A stretch of DNA of 64,000 nt, taken from an uncultured Saprospiraceae bacterium. GTDB taxonomy: Bacteria; Bacteroidota; Bacteroidia; Chitinophagales; Saprospiraceae. The position numbers were made by a program, and so were the translations under genes. Positions 1-9,365 of the stretch are shown piece after piece; within the stretch, counting starts at the first letter, position 1, and every line of letters begins with the position of its first letter. The stretch lies in contig CALDSS010000033.1 of the NCBI GenBank assembly GCA_937924495.1, forward strand, positions 13,624-77,623. The letters are read 5' to 3'. The notes beneath the pieces are model-generated. The model saw only the letters and a program-made list of their open reading frames with translations, had not been told where the DNA came from and did not search any database.

Positions 1-1
1 A

Positions 2-280
2 CATTCTGTAGAGGTGTGGCAGCAAAATGAACTTGTCGGGGGTCTCTATGGCATAGCACTTGGAAAAGTATTTTTTGGCGAAAGCATGTTTGCCAACGCT
101 TCTAATGCTTCAAAATTCGGATTTATTTCTTTAGTAAGGAAACTACACGAGTTGGATTTCACGTTAATTGATTGCCAGCAGGAAACTGGGCATTTGAAAA
201 GTTTAGGTGCTGCCCCAATTCCAAGAGCAGAATTCATGAAAATTTTAGAAAAAAATTCCTTTGATCGTATCAATTTATAA
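2..280 (+). CDS. aat: leucyl/phenylalanyl-tRNA--protein transferase, C-terminal fragment (5' end outside the window)
   Basis: The frame is open from the window edge. '[18 protein letters not shown]...[10 protein letters not shown]......LIDCQ....HLKSLGA..IPR.EF' matches the conserved Aat core. Confidence 0.8.
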   Translation, partial: HSVEVWQQNELVGGLYGIALGKVFFGESMFANASNASKFGFISLVRKLHELDFTLIDCQQETGHLKSLGAAPIPRAEFMKILEKNSFDRINL

Positions 281-283
281 TAT

Positions 284-1138
284 TTGAAAACTTACTATTT
301 TTTCCTTTTTCTGTTGGTTTGTTTTCTATTCTCGGATTGCACTGAGACTGTAGAAGGATGTCTAAATATTAACGCTCCAAATTTTGATGTTGAAGCTGAC
401 GAACCTTGTGAAAACTGTTGTGACTCTTCAGAATTAACGCTGGCATTTATTCATAAAATCAATCCTGACACTGAGAAAGTGACCATGCAATTGAATCAGG
501 TTTATAGAATTTTCGAAGATGATAGTTTTGGAATAGCTGTCAATAAATTTCACTTTTATTTGACTGGCTTTAAGTTTACGAAGTCAAATGGAGAGACTAT
601 CACTACCACAACTCAAACTCAAGTATCCACCAGTCCATTCGCTGCTATTGGAAACAATCATGCGTTTATTTCAAGAAATGATGTTGGAGGCGAGAATTTA
701 GGTAGGTTCGAACCAAATGGAATATTCGAAAAAATTGAATTCAATTTTGGTTTAGAAAACGACAACAATCTGCTCCATCCAGATTCACTTTTAGGGACAG
801 GTCATGCTTTTGGCTGGCAAGCTGATTCTACTAATTGGTCTGAAAATGGAAGATATTCTTTTTTAAGATTAGAGTATTCCCGTTACCAAGACACCGTTTT
901 GTTAGATTCAATTGAGCCCTCTGTAATTCAGATTGCAAGTCCTAACCTGCAACTCCTTCAAATAGATAGTATTTTTGAACTTAAATCAGGTCTAAACACA
1001 CGATTAACTTTAGAAATGGATTACAATCTGCTTTGGAATGAAATTGATTTTCAAAATGACACAGAGGAGACCATTAAAGATAGAATCATACTGAACATAA
1101 AGTCCGCTATTTTATTTAATGATATAAATCAAGAATAA
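284..1138 (+). CDS. lipoprotein, MbnP-like (copy 1)
   Basis: TTG start 3 nt after the aat stop. Signal peptide ends in 'LFSDC'. The motif 'KFHFYLTGFKFTKSNGE' parallels 'IKFFVTEIELTNNDGA' in the next gene. It lies upstream of a di-haem peroxidase. Confidence 0.55.
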   Translation: MKTYYFFLFLLVCFLFSDCTETVEGCLNINAPNFDVEADEPCENCCDSSELTLAFIHKINPDTEKVTMQLNQVYRIFEDDSFGIAVNKFHFYLTGFKFTKSNGETITTTTQTQVSTSPFAAIGNNHAFISRNDVGGENLGRFEPNGIFEKIEFNFGLENDNNLLHPDSLLGTGHAFGWQADSTNWSENGRYSFLRLEYSRYQDTVLLDSIEPSVIQIASPNLQLLQIDSIFELKSGLNTRLTLEMDYNLLWNEIDFQNDTEETIKDRIILNIKSAILFNDINQE

Positions 1139-1145
1139 ACCAGAC

Positions 1146-1892
1146 ATGAGTAAAGTAAAATTTTTAATTCCCTTTTTAATTCTATTTATTTTTGCGTGTG
1201 GAGAGAAAACCGAGCCAGGCACGGGAAGCTTAGAGCTGAACTTTTCTGCCACTTATGACGGACAGCCATTGGCAACAGACGGCACCATGTATGATTTTGA
1301 AGATGGGGTAAAACTTCGTTTTGAAGAAATTAAATTTTTCGTCACTGAAATAGAACTAACTAATAATGATGGAGCAACTACTTCCATCTCTGAAGCTAAT
1401 TTGATTAATCTTGGTGGGAAAACAGCGACAACAGCTGTCGATGGCCAGTCCATCAATTTGAATAACATTGAAGCTGGAGAATATACTTCCATAAAATTTT
1501 ATGTTGGCCTATCTGAAAGGTTAAATAACACAGCACCATCAGATTTGCCCGCTACAAGCGAGTTGAACGATGGCATCTATTGGTCAGATTGGGAAAGTTT
1601 TATTTTCTCGACCATTGCTGGAAAAGCTGATTTCGATCTTGATGGAACACCTGAACAAGGATTAACTTACCACATAGGTGGAAACCAATCTGTGAGATCT
1701 AAATCTTTTCCAGGTGCTATTTTTATCCAAGAAGGAGAAACTCCTAAAGTTGACTTTTCTATCGATTTAAAAGATGTCTTTATGCCAAATGGTGTAGCTT
1801 TTGATATTGAGACTTTCAATATAGTGCACAAGAATACTGACGTGATGGAATCTCTTGCAGATAATATGACTGCCTCGTTAACTAGAAAATAA
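1146..1892 (+). CDS. lipoprotein, MbnP-like (copy 2)
   Basis: Lipobox 'LFIFACG'. 'LELNFSATYDGQPL......LRFEEIKFFVTEIELTNNDG' resembles the MbnP family N-terminal pattern. It ends 6 nt before the peroxidase gene. Confidence 0.55.
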   Translation: MSKVKFLIPFLILFIFACGEKTEPGTGSLELNFSATYDGQPLATDGTMYDFEDGVKLRFEEIKFFVTEIELTNNDGATTSISEANLINLGGKTATTAVDGQSINLNNIEAGEYTSIKFYVGLSERLNNTAPSDLPATSELNDGIYWSDWESFIFSTIAGKADFDLDGTPEQGLTYHIGGNQSVRSKSFPGAIFIQEGETPKVDFSIDLKDVFMPNGVAFDIETFNIVHKNTDVMESLADNMTASLTRK

Positions 1893-1898
1893 CTTCAA

Positions 1899-3026
1899 TT
1901 GAGAAAATTCATTTTTAAGTTTGGCTGGGTAATTATTCTTTTAGTTTTTCAAAACTGTAAAGAATGTCCGCCTGATGAACCAGGTGGCGGCGAACCGACC
2001 ATTGGGGATTTGGAGAATATTGACTATAATCCAACACCCTACGATTTGCCTCAATTAGTGGATTTTCCTCAAATGTTGATTCCAGATGATAATCCTATAA
2101 CCGACCAAGGGGTTTTGTTGGGAAGAATGTTATTCTTTGACCCTATCCTTTCTGTTGATAGCTCCATGTCTTGTGCCTCTTGTCATTTGGCTGAGCAAGC
2201 ATTTGCCGATGGTCAGCGATTCAGTAGAGGTGTTGAAGGTGGTTTTACGGGTAGAAGTTCCATGGCCATTATGAATGTTGGATTCAATCGTCACGGATTG
2301 TTTTGGGATGGCAGATCTGCAACACTCGAAGATCAGGCTCTACTCCCAGTAGAAGATGAAATAGAATTACACGAAGATTGGCCAAATGTGATTGAGAAAT
2401 TTAGACGGCATCCAGACTACCCTACTAAATTTCGCGAGGCATTTGGTATTTCTTCAAAGTCCGAAATCACGAAAGAATTAGCGGCCAAAGCAATTGCTCA
2501 GTTTGAGCGCACTATGATTGTAGGAGAAGGCTCAAAATTTTACAGAGCTCAAATTTTAGGCGAAGAACAACTATCTGATGAAGAATTAAATGGGCATTTG
2601 ATGTTTTTTGATGCATCAAGAGGTTTCTTACCAGATGCGCAATGTTTTCATTGCCATGCTGCTCCACTATTTACGGATTCTGATTTCAGAAACAACGGCC
2701 TCGATTCAGTTGCCAATGTGGCTGATTTCCCAGATTTAGGAAGAGGTGGTGTGACTAACTTCCAATGGGATAATGGAAAATTTGCTGCTCCTACCCTTTG
2801 GAATATCGAGCTTACTGCACCTTATATGCATGACGGTAGATTTCAAACATTAGAAGAGGTAATAGAACATTATGCCTCTGGAGGTCATTGGTCACCAAAT
2901 CGTGATGCATTAATGGACTCTATTTCTCTCGATGCCGAGCAAAAAGCAGACTTAGTAGCCTTTTTAAAAACCTTAACTGATACTTCGTTTATCAACAACC
3001 CAGCATTTCAAGATCCATTTAAGTAA
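1899..3026 (+). CDS. di-haem cytochrome c peroxidase family protein (MbnH/CCP/MauG-like)
   Basis: Two CxxCH haem-binding motifs (CASCH, CFHCH), 'LFWDGR' and 'APYMHDGRF.TLEEV', plus a lipoprotein-like signal 'VFQNC'. Confidence 0.85.
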   Translation: MRKFIFKFGWVIILLVFQNCKECPPDEPGGGEPTIGDLENIDYNPTPYDLPQLVDFPQMLIPDDNPITDQGVLLGRMLFFDPILSVDSSMSCASCHLAEQAFADGQRFSRGVEGGFTGRSSMAIMNVGFNRHGLFWDGRSATLEDQALLPVEDEIELHEDWPNVIEKFRRHPDYPTKFREAFGISSKSEITKELAAKAIAQFERTMIVGEGSKFYRAQILGEEQLSDEELNGHLMFFDASRGFLPDAQCFHCHAAPLFTDSDFRNNGLDSVANVADFPDLGRGGVTNFQWDNGKFAAPTLWNIELTAPYMHDGRFQTLEEVIEHYASGGHWSPNRDALMDSISLDAEQKADLVAFLKTLTDTSFINNPAFQDPFK

Positions 3027-3028
3027 AT

Positions 3029-6000
3029 CTAAACCACTTCAATATCACTAAACCCATTTCCTTGTTTTATAATTTGGATTTGGGTAGAAATTCTTTCCTT
3101 TAAAGCAGGTACATGTGAAATAATCCCAATGGTTTTGCCCGTTGATTGTAAATTTTCAAGACAAGAGATTGCAATATCCAAACTTTGCTCATCTAAGGTA
3201 CCAAAACCTTCATCAATGAAAAGAGACTGAATTTGCGTGTTTTTCCCAGCCAAATCCGATAAGCCTAAAGCAAGTGCTAAACTCACCAAGAAGGTCTCTC
3301 CTCCTGAAAGGGTATTCATCGGTCGGATATTATCCGCTTGGAAAGTATCGATGATTTCTAATTCGAGATTTTCATTGTCTCTTTTCTGAATAACATAGCG
3401 GCCATTCAATAAATCGAGATGATTGTTGGCCAAAATGACCAATTTTTCCAAAGTCAAGCCCTGTGCAAAAGCTCTAAATTTTTTCCCATCTGCCGAACCA
3501 ATAATATCTGAAAGTGCTGACCATCGATTGAGTTCTTTTTGTTGGTCATCAATCTCTTTTAAAAGCGATTTTAATTCTGATTCCAGATTTTTCTGAATAT
3601 CTAATCGTTCCTTTATACTTCCAATCTTTTGAAACAATTCTTGTTGTTTGCTTTTACGGACTTGAATTGAAGACCTCAGATCAAGAAGCGCAGGAGCATC
3701 TTTTGTTTTCATCTCCAATTCTTTAATAGATGCCAAAAGAGATTTATCTTCCTGTTCAAATTCTATTGCCTGTTTTGTAATACTTTCTTTTAATGCCTCC
3801 AATTCATTCAACCTACTTTCTTCCAAAATTGAAGCTCCGATTGTATCAAATTCTACCCCCAATTTCGAAGCTCCCTTTTTCAGTTTTTGCTCTAATAGTG
3901 AAATAGATTTTTCCAGCCCAACACTTTGTTTTTCATTGTTTTCAAAATTGGATTTCAATTTCTCTAATTCAATTTTCAGTAAATTGAATTCCTCTTTTTG
4001 ATGATTTAATTGCACTCCTTTTTCATTCAAAAAGGTGGCCCAATTTTCTTTTTCCACTTGTGGATTCTTTTCTCCAAAAAGATTTTTTCTTTGATTCCAA
4101 TCCTCTTTAAATTGATGCGTCAGCTTTTCTAACTTTTTCTTCTCTTTTTCCAGAAGTTTCTCAATTTTCGAAATGGATTTTGTAGATTGAATAATTTCGT
4201 TCTCGTTGATTTTCAATTGATTAGAGCCCTCAGAGAACAATTTTTGATGTTTATCAAAATCTTCTTTTTTCTTCCGAAGATCAGCGAACATTTGCTTGGC
4301 TGTGTTCAAATCAAACTCTAATTTATATCCTTTTAATAGTTTATTAATTATAGAAATTTTAGATGTTTTTTGTTTCTCAGATTCTTTGATTTGCTTTTCT
4401 AAAAGATTCATTCTCTCGGTCAAAGTCACTTCTTTCCGAGATAAGCCTTGCACCAACTCTCCTGCCTCTTTTTCAGCCAATTCTATCAATCGTACCTTTT
4501 CTAAAATAATTTCAATAGAATCTCTTTTATGTCTTCTTTCAGCAACGGAGACCTCAATAGATTCTAATTTTTTATTGATGAGAAAATTTTGACTGAGTAA
4601 AAATATATTAGAATCAATTTTACTTGCAAATACCTTTAATTTCCCTTCAAATTCTACGATTTTATTAAATTGCTTTTGAATAGCACCGCTCGTTTTCTGA
4701 ATCTCATTTCCAATCAATTCCTCCATTTTCAACTGAATCTCGTTGTAAGAATTTGCAATCTGCCGATGTACCATTTTAACCTCATCGAACTGAGATTTAA
4801 CGACTGCCAATTCCTCCGCTGCCTCATTTACAAACGGCTTCAAATCATGTTTGTCCAATGAATGTTCTGTAGAAAAACAAAGCGGACAAGGCTCCCCTTT
4901 TTTCAACTTTTTACGATCTTCGTCATAAGATGCTAAAACGCGTTGTTGATCATAAATCCCTTGTTTATACTCCAATCGCTTATTCATTTCATCCACCATT
5001 TCCAGTGAATTCATGAGCCGAACATTTAAAACTGATTCCTGATTTCTTAGGTTTTCAAGTTGTGCTTCTTGTTCATTTAAGTCTTTCAACAAAACATTGT
5101 ACATCTCTGTCAAGGAATTAAATTCTTTGACCTGCGCCGTTTGTTGGGATAATTCTTCTATCTCTTTATTTAAAAATTGAAGTGCCTCTCTTCTATTTTC
5201 AATCAAATTGTCGGGCAATAATTCCTTAATTTCAGAATCAGCCAATTTGAGTTTTTCTTGAACTTCGGCTTGTTTATCTTTTGCGTTTTTTAGTGCTTGC
5301 TCTAATTGCTCTATTTCTTTAAACAGTCCCTTTTTTTCCTCTACAAATTCCAAACTTCTTCTCCAAATTTCAGCCAACTCTCCTCTCGAAGACTCTATAC
5401 TTGAAAGCTCCTCTTTTAAGGACTCAAATTCTTTATTTTCAAATAGCCATTTTTCCATAATGGCAAGTTTGGATTTTAAGTTTTCTGTTGATTTTTTTGC
5501 CTCAAAAATGTCCTTTTCTTCCTTTTCTTTTTGAAGTTGAAATTCATTGATGTTGGCTTTTATTTCTTCAATTGGTTTGGATTGTTTTTCAAGTTTAACA
5601 TCCAACTTTAGCACCTCATCAAAAAGTGATTGTTTTTCTTTATTTTCTAATTGAGATTTTCTAAAAATTTCCTCCAAATCGTTGAGTGTAGTCTTTTTCT
5701 GTTTTATTTTTTCATCTAATTGTAAAACATTGGTTTTCAGTGTTTTATTCTCTTCAATTATGGTAGCATGCTTTTTTCTATCACTTTGAAACAGCGCCAA
5801 ATCCGCTCCCAATGGGAGCAATTTCTTGTACAATTCAAGCTTGCTAAATTCATCGGAATATTGAGCTTCTCGCGCTTTCAACAGCTCCTTTTTTTCTTTT
5901 AAGTTTTCTAATTCAAAATGACATTTTTTTAGTTGTTCTAAACTATTTAAAATGTTGGAGTCTTTCTCTAAAACCTTAACTAAATCTTTTGAGGTATCAT

Positions 6001-6688
6001 TAGCAGTTTTTAACTCAGATTTCAATTCTTTGAGTTCTTCAGGTGTGAGTGCTTTTCTTGCATCTTTCTGGATGGAAAGTTGCTCTAATTTAGCTTCCTC
6101 TTCTCTTTTTCGCCGAAAGGCAGAGATGGAAAGTTGAGAATAAATTTCAGTGCCTGTAATACGTTCTAAAAGTTCACTTCTTTCTTTTTCTTTTGACTTT
6201 AGAAAGGCCGCAAATTCTCCTTGAGAAAGCAAAACAGATTTGGTAAATCGCACATAATCAAGGCCAGAAACTTCTTCTATTTTTTCATTTACTTCTTTTA
6301 TTTTCTCGGCAATTATTTCAAATTTCTTGGTAGATTTATTCCATTTTGATAATTCACGAGAAGGTCCTTGTATTTTCCCATCTACTTTTTTCCTTGCTCT
6401 ATAAACCGACCATTTGGCCAAATATAAATCAGAACTGGATTCGAAAGTAACCTCAGAATAAGCATCAATTGCACCAAAAGAAAGCACCCCTAAAGGATTA
6501 TTAGGATCACGGGCGACCTTTCCATACAACGCCAAAGTAATCGCATCAAGCACCGTGGTTTTCCCTGCTCCAGTATCACCAACAATTGCGAACAATCCTG
6601 TATCACACAATGGCGATTCATCAAAACTGAGCTTGGTTTCCAACCTCAGAGAGTTCAAATTTTTGATGCCTACTTTGAGTATTTTCAT
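3029..6688 (-). CDS. sbcC: SbcC/Rad50-family exonuclease ATPase subunit
   Basis: Walker A 'GDTGAGKTT', ~900 aa of coiled coil with a central zinc hook 'CPLC', ABC signature 'LSGGETFLVSLALALG' and Walker B 'LFIDEGFGTLD'. Confidence 0.85.
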   Translation of the reverse strand: MKILKVGIKNLNSLRLETKLSFDESPLCDTGLFAIVGDTGAGKTTVLDAITLALYGKVARDPNNPLGVLSFGAIDAYSEVTFESSSDLYLAKWSVYRARKKVDGKIQGPSRELSKWNKSTKKFEIIAEKIKEVNEKIEEVSGLDYVRFTKSVLLSQGEFAAFLKSKEKERSELLERITGTEIYSQLSISAFRRKREEEAKLEQLSIQKDARKALTPEELKELKSELKTANDTSKDLVKVLEKDSNILNSLEQLKKCHFELENLKEKKELLKAREAQYSDEFSKLELYKKLLPLGADLALFQSDRKKHATIIEENKTLKTNVLQLDEKIKQKKTTLNDLEEIFRKSQLENKEKQSLFDEVLKLDVKLEKQSKPIEEIKANINEFQLQKEKEEKDIFEAKKSTENLKSKLAIMEKWLFENKEFESLKEELSSIESSRGELAEIWRRSLEFVEEKKGLFKEIEQLEQALKNAKDKQAEVQEKLKLADSEIKELLPDNLIENRREALQFLNKEIEELSQQTAQVKEFNSLTEMYNVLLKDLNEQEAQLENLRNQESVLNVRLMNSLEMVDEMNKRLEYKQGIYDQQRVLASYDEDRKKLKKGEPCPLCFSTEHSLDKHDLKPFVNEAAEELAVVKSQFDEVKMVHRQIANSYNEIQLKMEELIGNEIQKTSGAIQKQFNKIVEFEGKLKVFASKIDSNIFLLSQNFLINKKLESIEVSVAERRHKRDSIEIILEKVRLIELAEKEAGELVQGLSRKEVTLTERMNLLEKQIKESEKQKTSKISIINKLLKGYKLEFDLNTAKQMFADLRKKKEDFDKHQKLFSEGSNQLKINENEIIQSTKSISKIEKLLEKEKKKLEKLTHQFKEDWNQRKNLFGEKNPQVEKENWATFLNEKGVQLNHQKEEFNLLKIELEKLKSNFENNEKQSVGLEKSISLLEQKLKKGASKLGVEFDTIGASILEESRLNELEALKESITKQAIEFEQEDKSLLASIKELEMKTKDAPALLDLRSSIQVRKSKQQELFQKIGSIKERLDIQKNLESELKSLLKEIDDQQKELNRWSALSDIIGSADGKKFRAFAQGLTLEKLVILANNHLDLLNGRYVIQKRDNENLELEIIDTFQADNIRPMNTLSGGETFLVSLALALGLSDLAGKNTQIQSLFIDEGFGTLDEQSLDIAISCLENLQSTGKTIGIISHVPALKERISTQIQIIKQGNGFSDIEVV

Positions 6689-6689
6689 A

Positions 6690-7448
6690 CTATAGGTTTC
6701 TGAATGCGCTGCATATAATACCAGTTGCTACGGCAGCATTTAATGACTCCGATCTACTTTTATTGAAAGTTGGGATAGAGATTTTTTCTTTCACTTTGTC
6801 CATTATTTCTTTGGAGATTCCATGGCTCTCATTTCCAATTATTATGACCGAATCTTTTGTTTTTTTCATTTTAAAAACATCGGCACCACTCATGGTGGTT
6901 GCAAAAAAATTCAAATCTGAATGTTCTTCAAAAAAGGAAGTAAAGTCTTTTTCGAAAATAGAAACTCTAAAAATAGCACCCATCGTTGCTTGTACCACTT
7001 TTGGATTAAAAACCTCAACCGATTCAGGCGATAATATCACATTTTCAATGCCGAACCAATCGGCTATCCTCAAAATCGTACCCATGTTTCCAGGGTCTTT
7101 TATTCGATCTAAATACAAGGTTAAATCATTGATTTTCAAATCTTTATCATCAGATTTGTTTCCTTTTTCACAAACACAAAAGGCTTGATTCGGATTTTTA
7201 AGATTAGAAATTCGTTTGAGTTCTTTCTCTTTAATTTCAACAATTTCTAAAGATGGATCTTTTAGTAAAAAACCATTTTTACCAATCCATTCGCTCGTTC
7301 CATAAATCGTTTTTAGCGGAAAATGAGATTGATGAATTGCCTCTTCCACCATTTTCACTCCTTCGACCACGAACAATCCATGTTCTTCACGAAACTTCTT
7401 CTGTCCCAAACTTGAAAGGAATTTTATCTGACTGGTGGTTAAACTCAT
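6690..7448 (-). CDS. TrmH/SpoU-family RNA 2'-O-methyltransferase
   Basis: 'FVVEG...V.EA' in the N-terminal domain. SpoU motifs 'DPGNMGTILR', 'IIIGNESHGIS' and 'IP....ESLNAAVATGI'. Confidence 0.85.
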   Translation of the reverse strand: MSLTTSQIKFLSSLGQKKFREEHGLFVVEGVKMVEEAIHQSHFPLKTIYGTSEWIGKNGFLLKDPSLEIVEIKEKELKRISNLKNPNQAFCVCEKGNKSDDKDLKINDLTLYLDRIKDPGNMGTILRIADWFGIENVILSPESVEVFNPKVVQATMGAIFRVSIFEKDFTSFFEEHSDLNFFATTMSGADVFKMKKTKDSVIIIGNESHGISKEIMDKVKEKISIPTFNKSRSESLNAAVATGIICSAFRNL

Positions 7449-7553
7449 AGTTTATTAGAAATCATCGAATTTGCAGCTTAAAAAATATTTTTAAACAACT
7501 TCACTCTTCAAACCCCAAATAAAATACTTTATTCGCAGGTAATTTCTATTCTA

Positions 7554-8150
7554 ATGAATTTTTTAGCGCATATTTTTTTATCGGGTAAAAATGAAGCTGT
7601 TTTAATCGGCAACTTTATTGCTGATTCTGTTTCTAATAAAATGGTAGAAAAGTATCCAACTGATATTAAAAAAGGCATTCAATTACATAGAAAAATTGAC
7701 CATTTTACGGATACACACCCCAAGGTAAAAGAAAGTACAAAGTTACTCAATCCAGCTCATGGAAAATATGCACCAGTGTTGCTTGATATTTTTTACGATT
7801 ACTTTTTGATCAAAAACTGGGAGCGATATTCTAATGAAAATTTTGAAGATTTCACGAAAAGAGCTTATCGAATTTTAGAAGCTAATTTCGAGCATGTCCC
7901 CCACTCTTTACGAAAAAATCTGCCAGCCATGATTGAGAGTAATTGGTTGGCAAATTATGGAAAATTGGAAGGAATAGAATTTACAGTCAATAAAGTAATG
8001 AAACGGGTTTCTAAACCTGAACAGTTGGAAGATTCAATCGAAACAATTTTTGACCACTTTGATGAGATAAACGAAAAATTCAACTTGTTCTTTCCAGATC
8101 TGGTTAAATTCTCTAAACTGGAAAGGAGGAAATTAGGGATAATTGATTGA
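7554..8150 (+). CDS. acpH: acyl carrier protein phosphodiesterase
   Basis: 'MNFLAHIFLSG......GNFIADSV......GI.LHRKID.FTD.HP' closely parallels the E. coli AcpH N-terminus. Confidence 0.75.
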   Translation: MNFLAHIFLSGKNEAVLIGNFIADSVSNKMVEKYPTDIKKGIQLHRKIDHFTDTHPKVKESTKLLNPAHGKYAPVLLDIFYDYFLIKNWERYSNENFEDFTKRAYRILEANFEHVPHSLRKNLPAMIESNWLANYGKLEGIEFTVNKVMKRVSKPEQLEDSIETIFDHFDEINEKFNLFFPDLVKFSKLERRKLGIID

Positions 8151-8327
8151 CGGATTTTCCGTAGTTGGCTCAGAAAACAAAAAATTTATCAATTCAAAAA
8201 TTTGGAAAGGTTTTACTCCAAACTGAAAAAGAATAAAACCCACCAAACCAAAAAAGGTCAAAAGGGTTAGAAAAAAGGCGGATATTTTTCGAAGTTGAGC
8301 CGCTTTTTTGAATTTGGAGTTATTCAT
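8133..8327 (-). CDS. small hypothetical membrane protein
   Basis: 64-aa ORF with one hydrophobic helix ('ISAFFLTLLTFFGLVGFILF'). It overlaps the acpH 3' end by 18 nt in convergent orientation. No homology recognised. Confidence 0.3.
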   Translation of the reverse strand: MNNSKFKKAAQLRKISAFFLTLLTFFGLVGFILFQFGVKPFQIFELINFLFSEPTTENPSINYP

Positions 8328-8391
8328 AATTAGAACTTTTTTAGGCCAGAATTACCCTTAAACGACTGTTTAATTTTTGATATTTCAATCA

Positions 8392-9042
8392 ATGAGAGAA
8401 AAAATACTTGAAGAACTGTTAAAGTCGAATACTAAATTGGTAGCAGTTTCTAAAACAAAACCTATCGCTCAGCTCAAGGAAAAGTACGACCAAGGGCAAC
8501 GAATATTTGGAGAAAACAGGGTGCAAGAATTGGTGGAAAAAGAGGCCGCTCTACCAAAAGATATTGAATGGCACATGATTGGGCACCTGCAATCTAATAA
8601 GGTGAAATACATTGCCCCCTTCATCTCCTTGATTCATTCTGTTGACAGTTTTAAGCTACTGACAGAAGTAAACAAACAAGCCCTTAAAAACAATAGAATT
8701 ATTGATGTTTTGCTTCAATTTCATATTGGAGAGGAGGAGTCGAAATTTGGTTTGACTTTGGCGAAAGCCACTGAATTATTAGAAAGTGAATCCTTCCAAA
8801 AATTAGAAAACATTCAAGTGGTAGGTGTCATGGGTATGGCTACCTTCACCTCTGATAATCAGCAGGTTAGAAATGAATTTAAATCTTTAAAACGCATTTT
8901 TGAGCAACTGAAAGAGCAATTTTTCCGAGACCAAGATTCATTCAAAGAAATAAGTATGGGCATGTCAGGCGATTATAAGATTGCATGCGAAGAAGGAAGT
9001 ACCATGGTAAGAATTGGAAGCCTACTTTTTGGGAGTCGATAA
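8392..9042 (+). CDS. yggS: YggS-family pyridoxal-phosphate homeostasis protein
   Basis: 'LVAVSKTKP' (PLP lysine), 'FGENRVQE', 'WHMIGHLQSNK' and 'MGMSGDY'. ATG at 8392 is preferred over the TTG at 8377 in the ORF track. Confidence 0.85.
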   Translation: MREKILEELLKSNTKLVAVSKTKPIAQLKEKYDQGQRIFGENRVQELVEKEAALPKDIEWHMIGHLQSNKVKYIAPFISLIHSVDSFKLLTEVNKQALKNNRIIDVLLQFHIGEEESKFGLTLAKATELLESESFQKLENIQVVGVMGMATFTSDNQQVRNEFKSLKRIFEQLKEQFFRDQDSFKEISMGMSGDYKIACEEGSTMVRIGSLLFGSR

Positions 9043-9084
9043 AAAGAAAAAATCCCCTGCAAATCAAAAGACCTACAGAGGATT
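9041..9084 (-). terminator. Rho-independent terminator downstream of tRNA-Met (also follows the yggS stop on the + strand)
   Basis: Arms AATCCCCTG / CAGAGGATT (one G-U pair in the minus-strand RNA). A T-run follows on the minus strand (A-run 9041-9052 on the + strand). Confidence 0.5.
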
Positions 9085-9100
9085 AGCTTTTGGAAGCTTG

Positions 9101-9174
9101 TAGCGAGAGAGTGACTTGAACACTCGACCTCAGCATTATGAATGCTGCGCTCTAACCAGCTGAGCTACCTCGCC
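9101..9174 (-). tRNA. tRNA-Met (anticodon CAU). Elongator-like; a lysidine-modified tRNA-Ile2 cannot be excluded
   Basis: The reverse complement GGCGAGGTAGCTCAGCTGGTTAGAGCGCAGCATTCATAATGCTGAGGTCGAGTGTTCAAGTCACTCTCTCGCTA folds as a cloverleaf: D arm GCTC/GAGC, anticodon loop TTCATAA, T arm GAGTG-TTCAAGT-CACTC. There is no GGG/CCC anticodon stem, so it is not an initiator. CCA is not encoded. Confidence 0.85.
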
Positions 9175-9224
9175 ATATTTGTTTTGAGAGGTAAACTTCA
9201 TACCTCCTATTTTCAAAACGGGTG

Positions 9225-9232
9225 CAAATATA
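9225..9232 (-). promoter_or_regulatory. Bacteroidota -7 promoter box (TATATTTG) for tRNA-Met
   Basis: The minus strand reads TATATTTGCACCCG about 50 nt upstream of the tRNA 5' end. The same extended block occurs upstream of tRNA-Phe. Confidence 0.5.
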
Positions 9233-9365
9233 AATTAATTCCTTTTAGGTGGAAATTTTTTAAAAATAAAATTAAAATCAAATAATAAAGATGTCTTGAT
9301 CTGTGAATTGCTGCTATTTTTGCCGTCATAGATTTTAGAAACAATTAAAAACATAAATTTTTATA

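Noticed and set aside
3029-6688. SbcC-like ATPase as the core of an SMC-type defence system (Wadjet/Lamassu-like)
   Set aside because: The architecture is classical SbcC/Rad50 (zinc hook, length, motifs). No kleisin-, nuclease- or Cap4-like partner genes flank it, and the neighbours are housekeeping genes.
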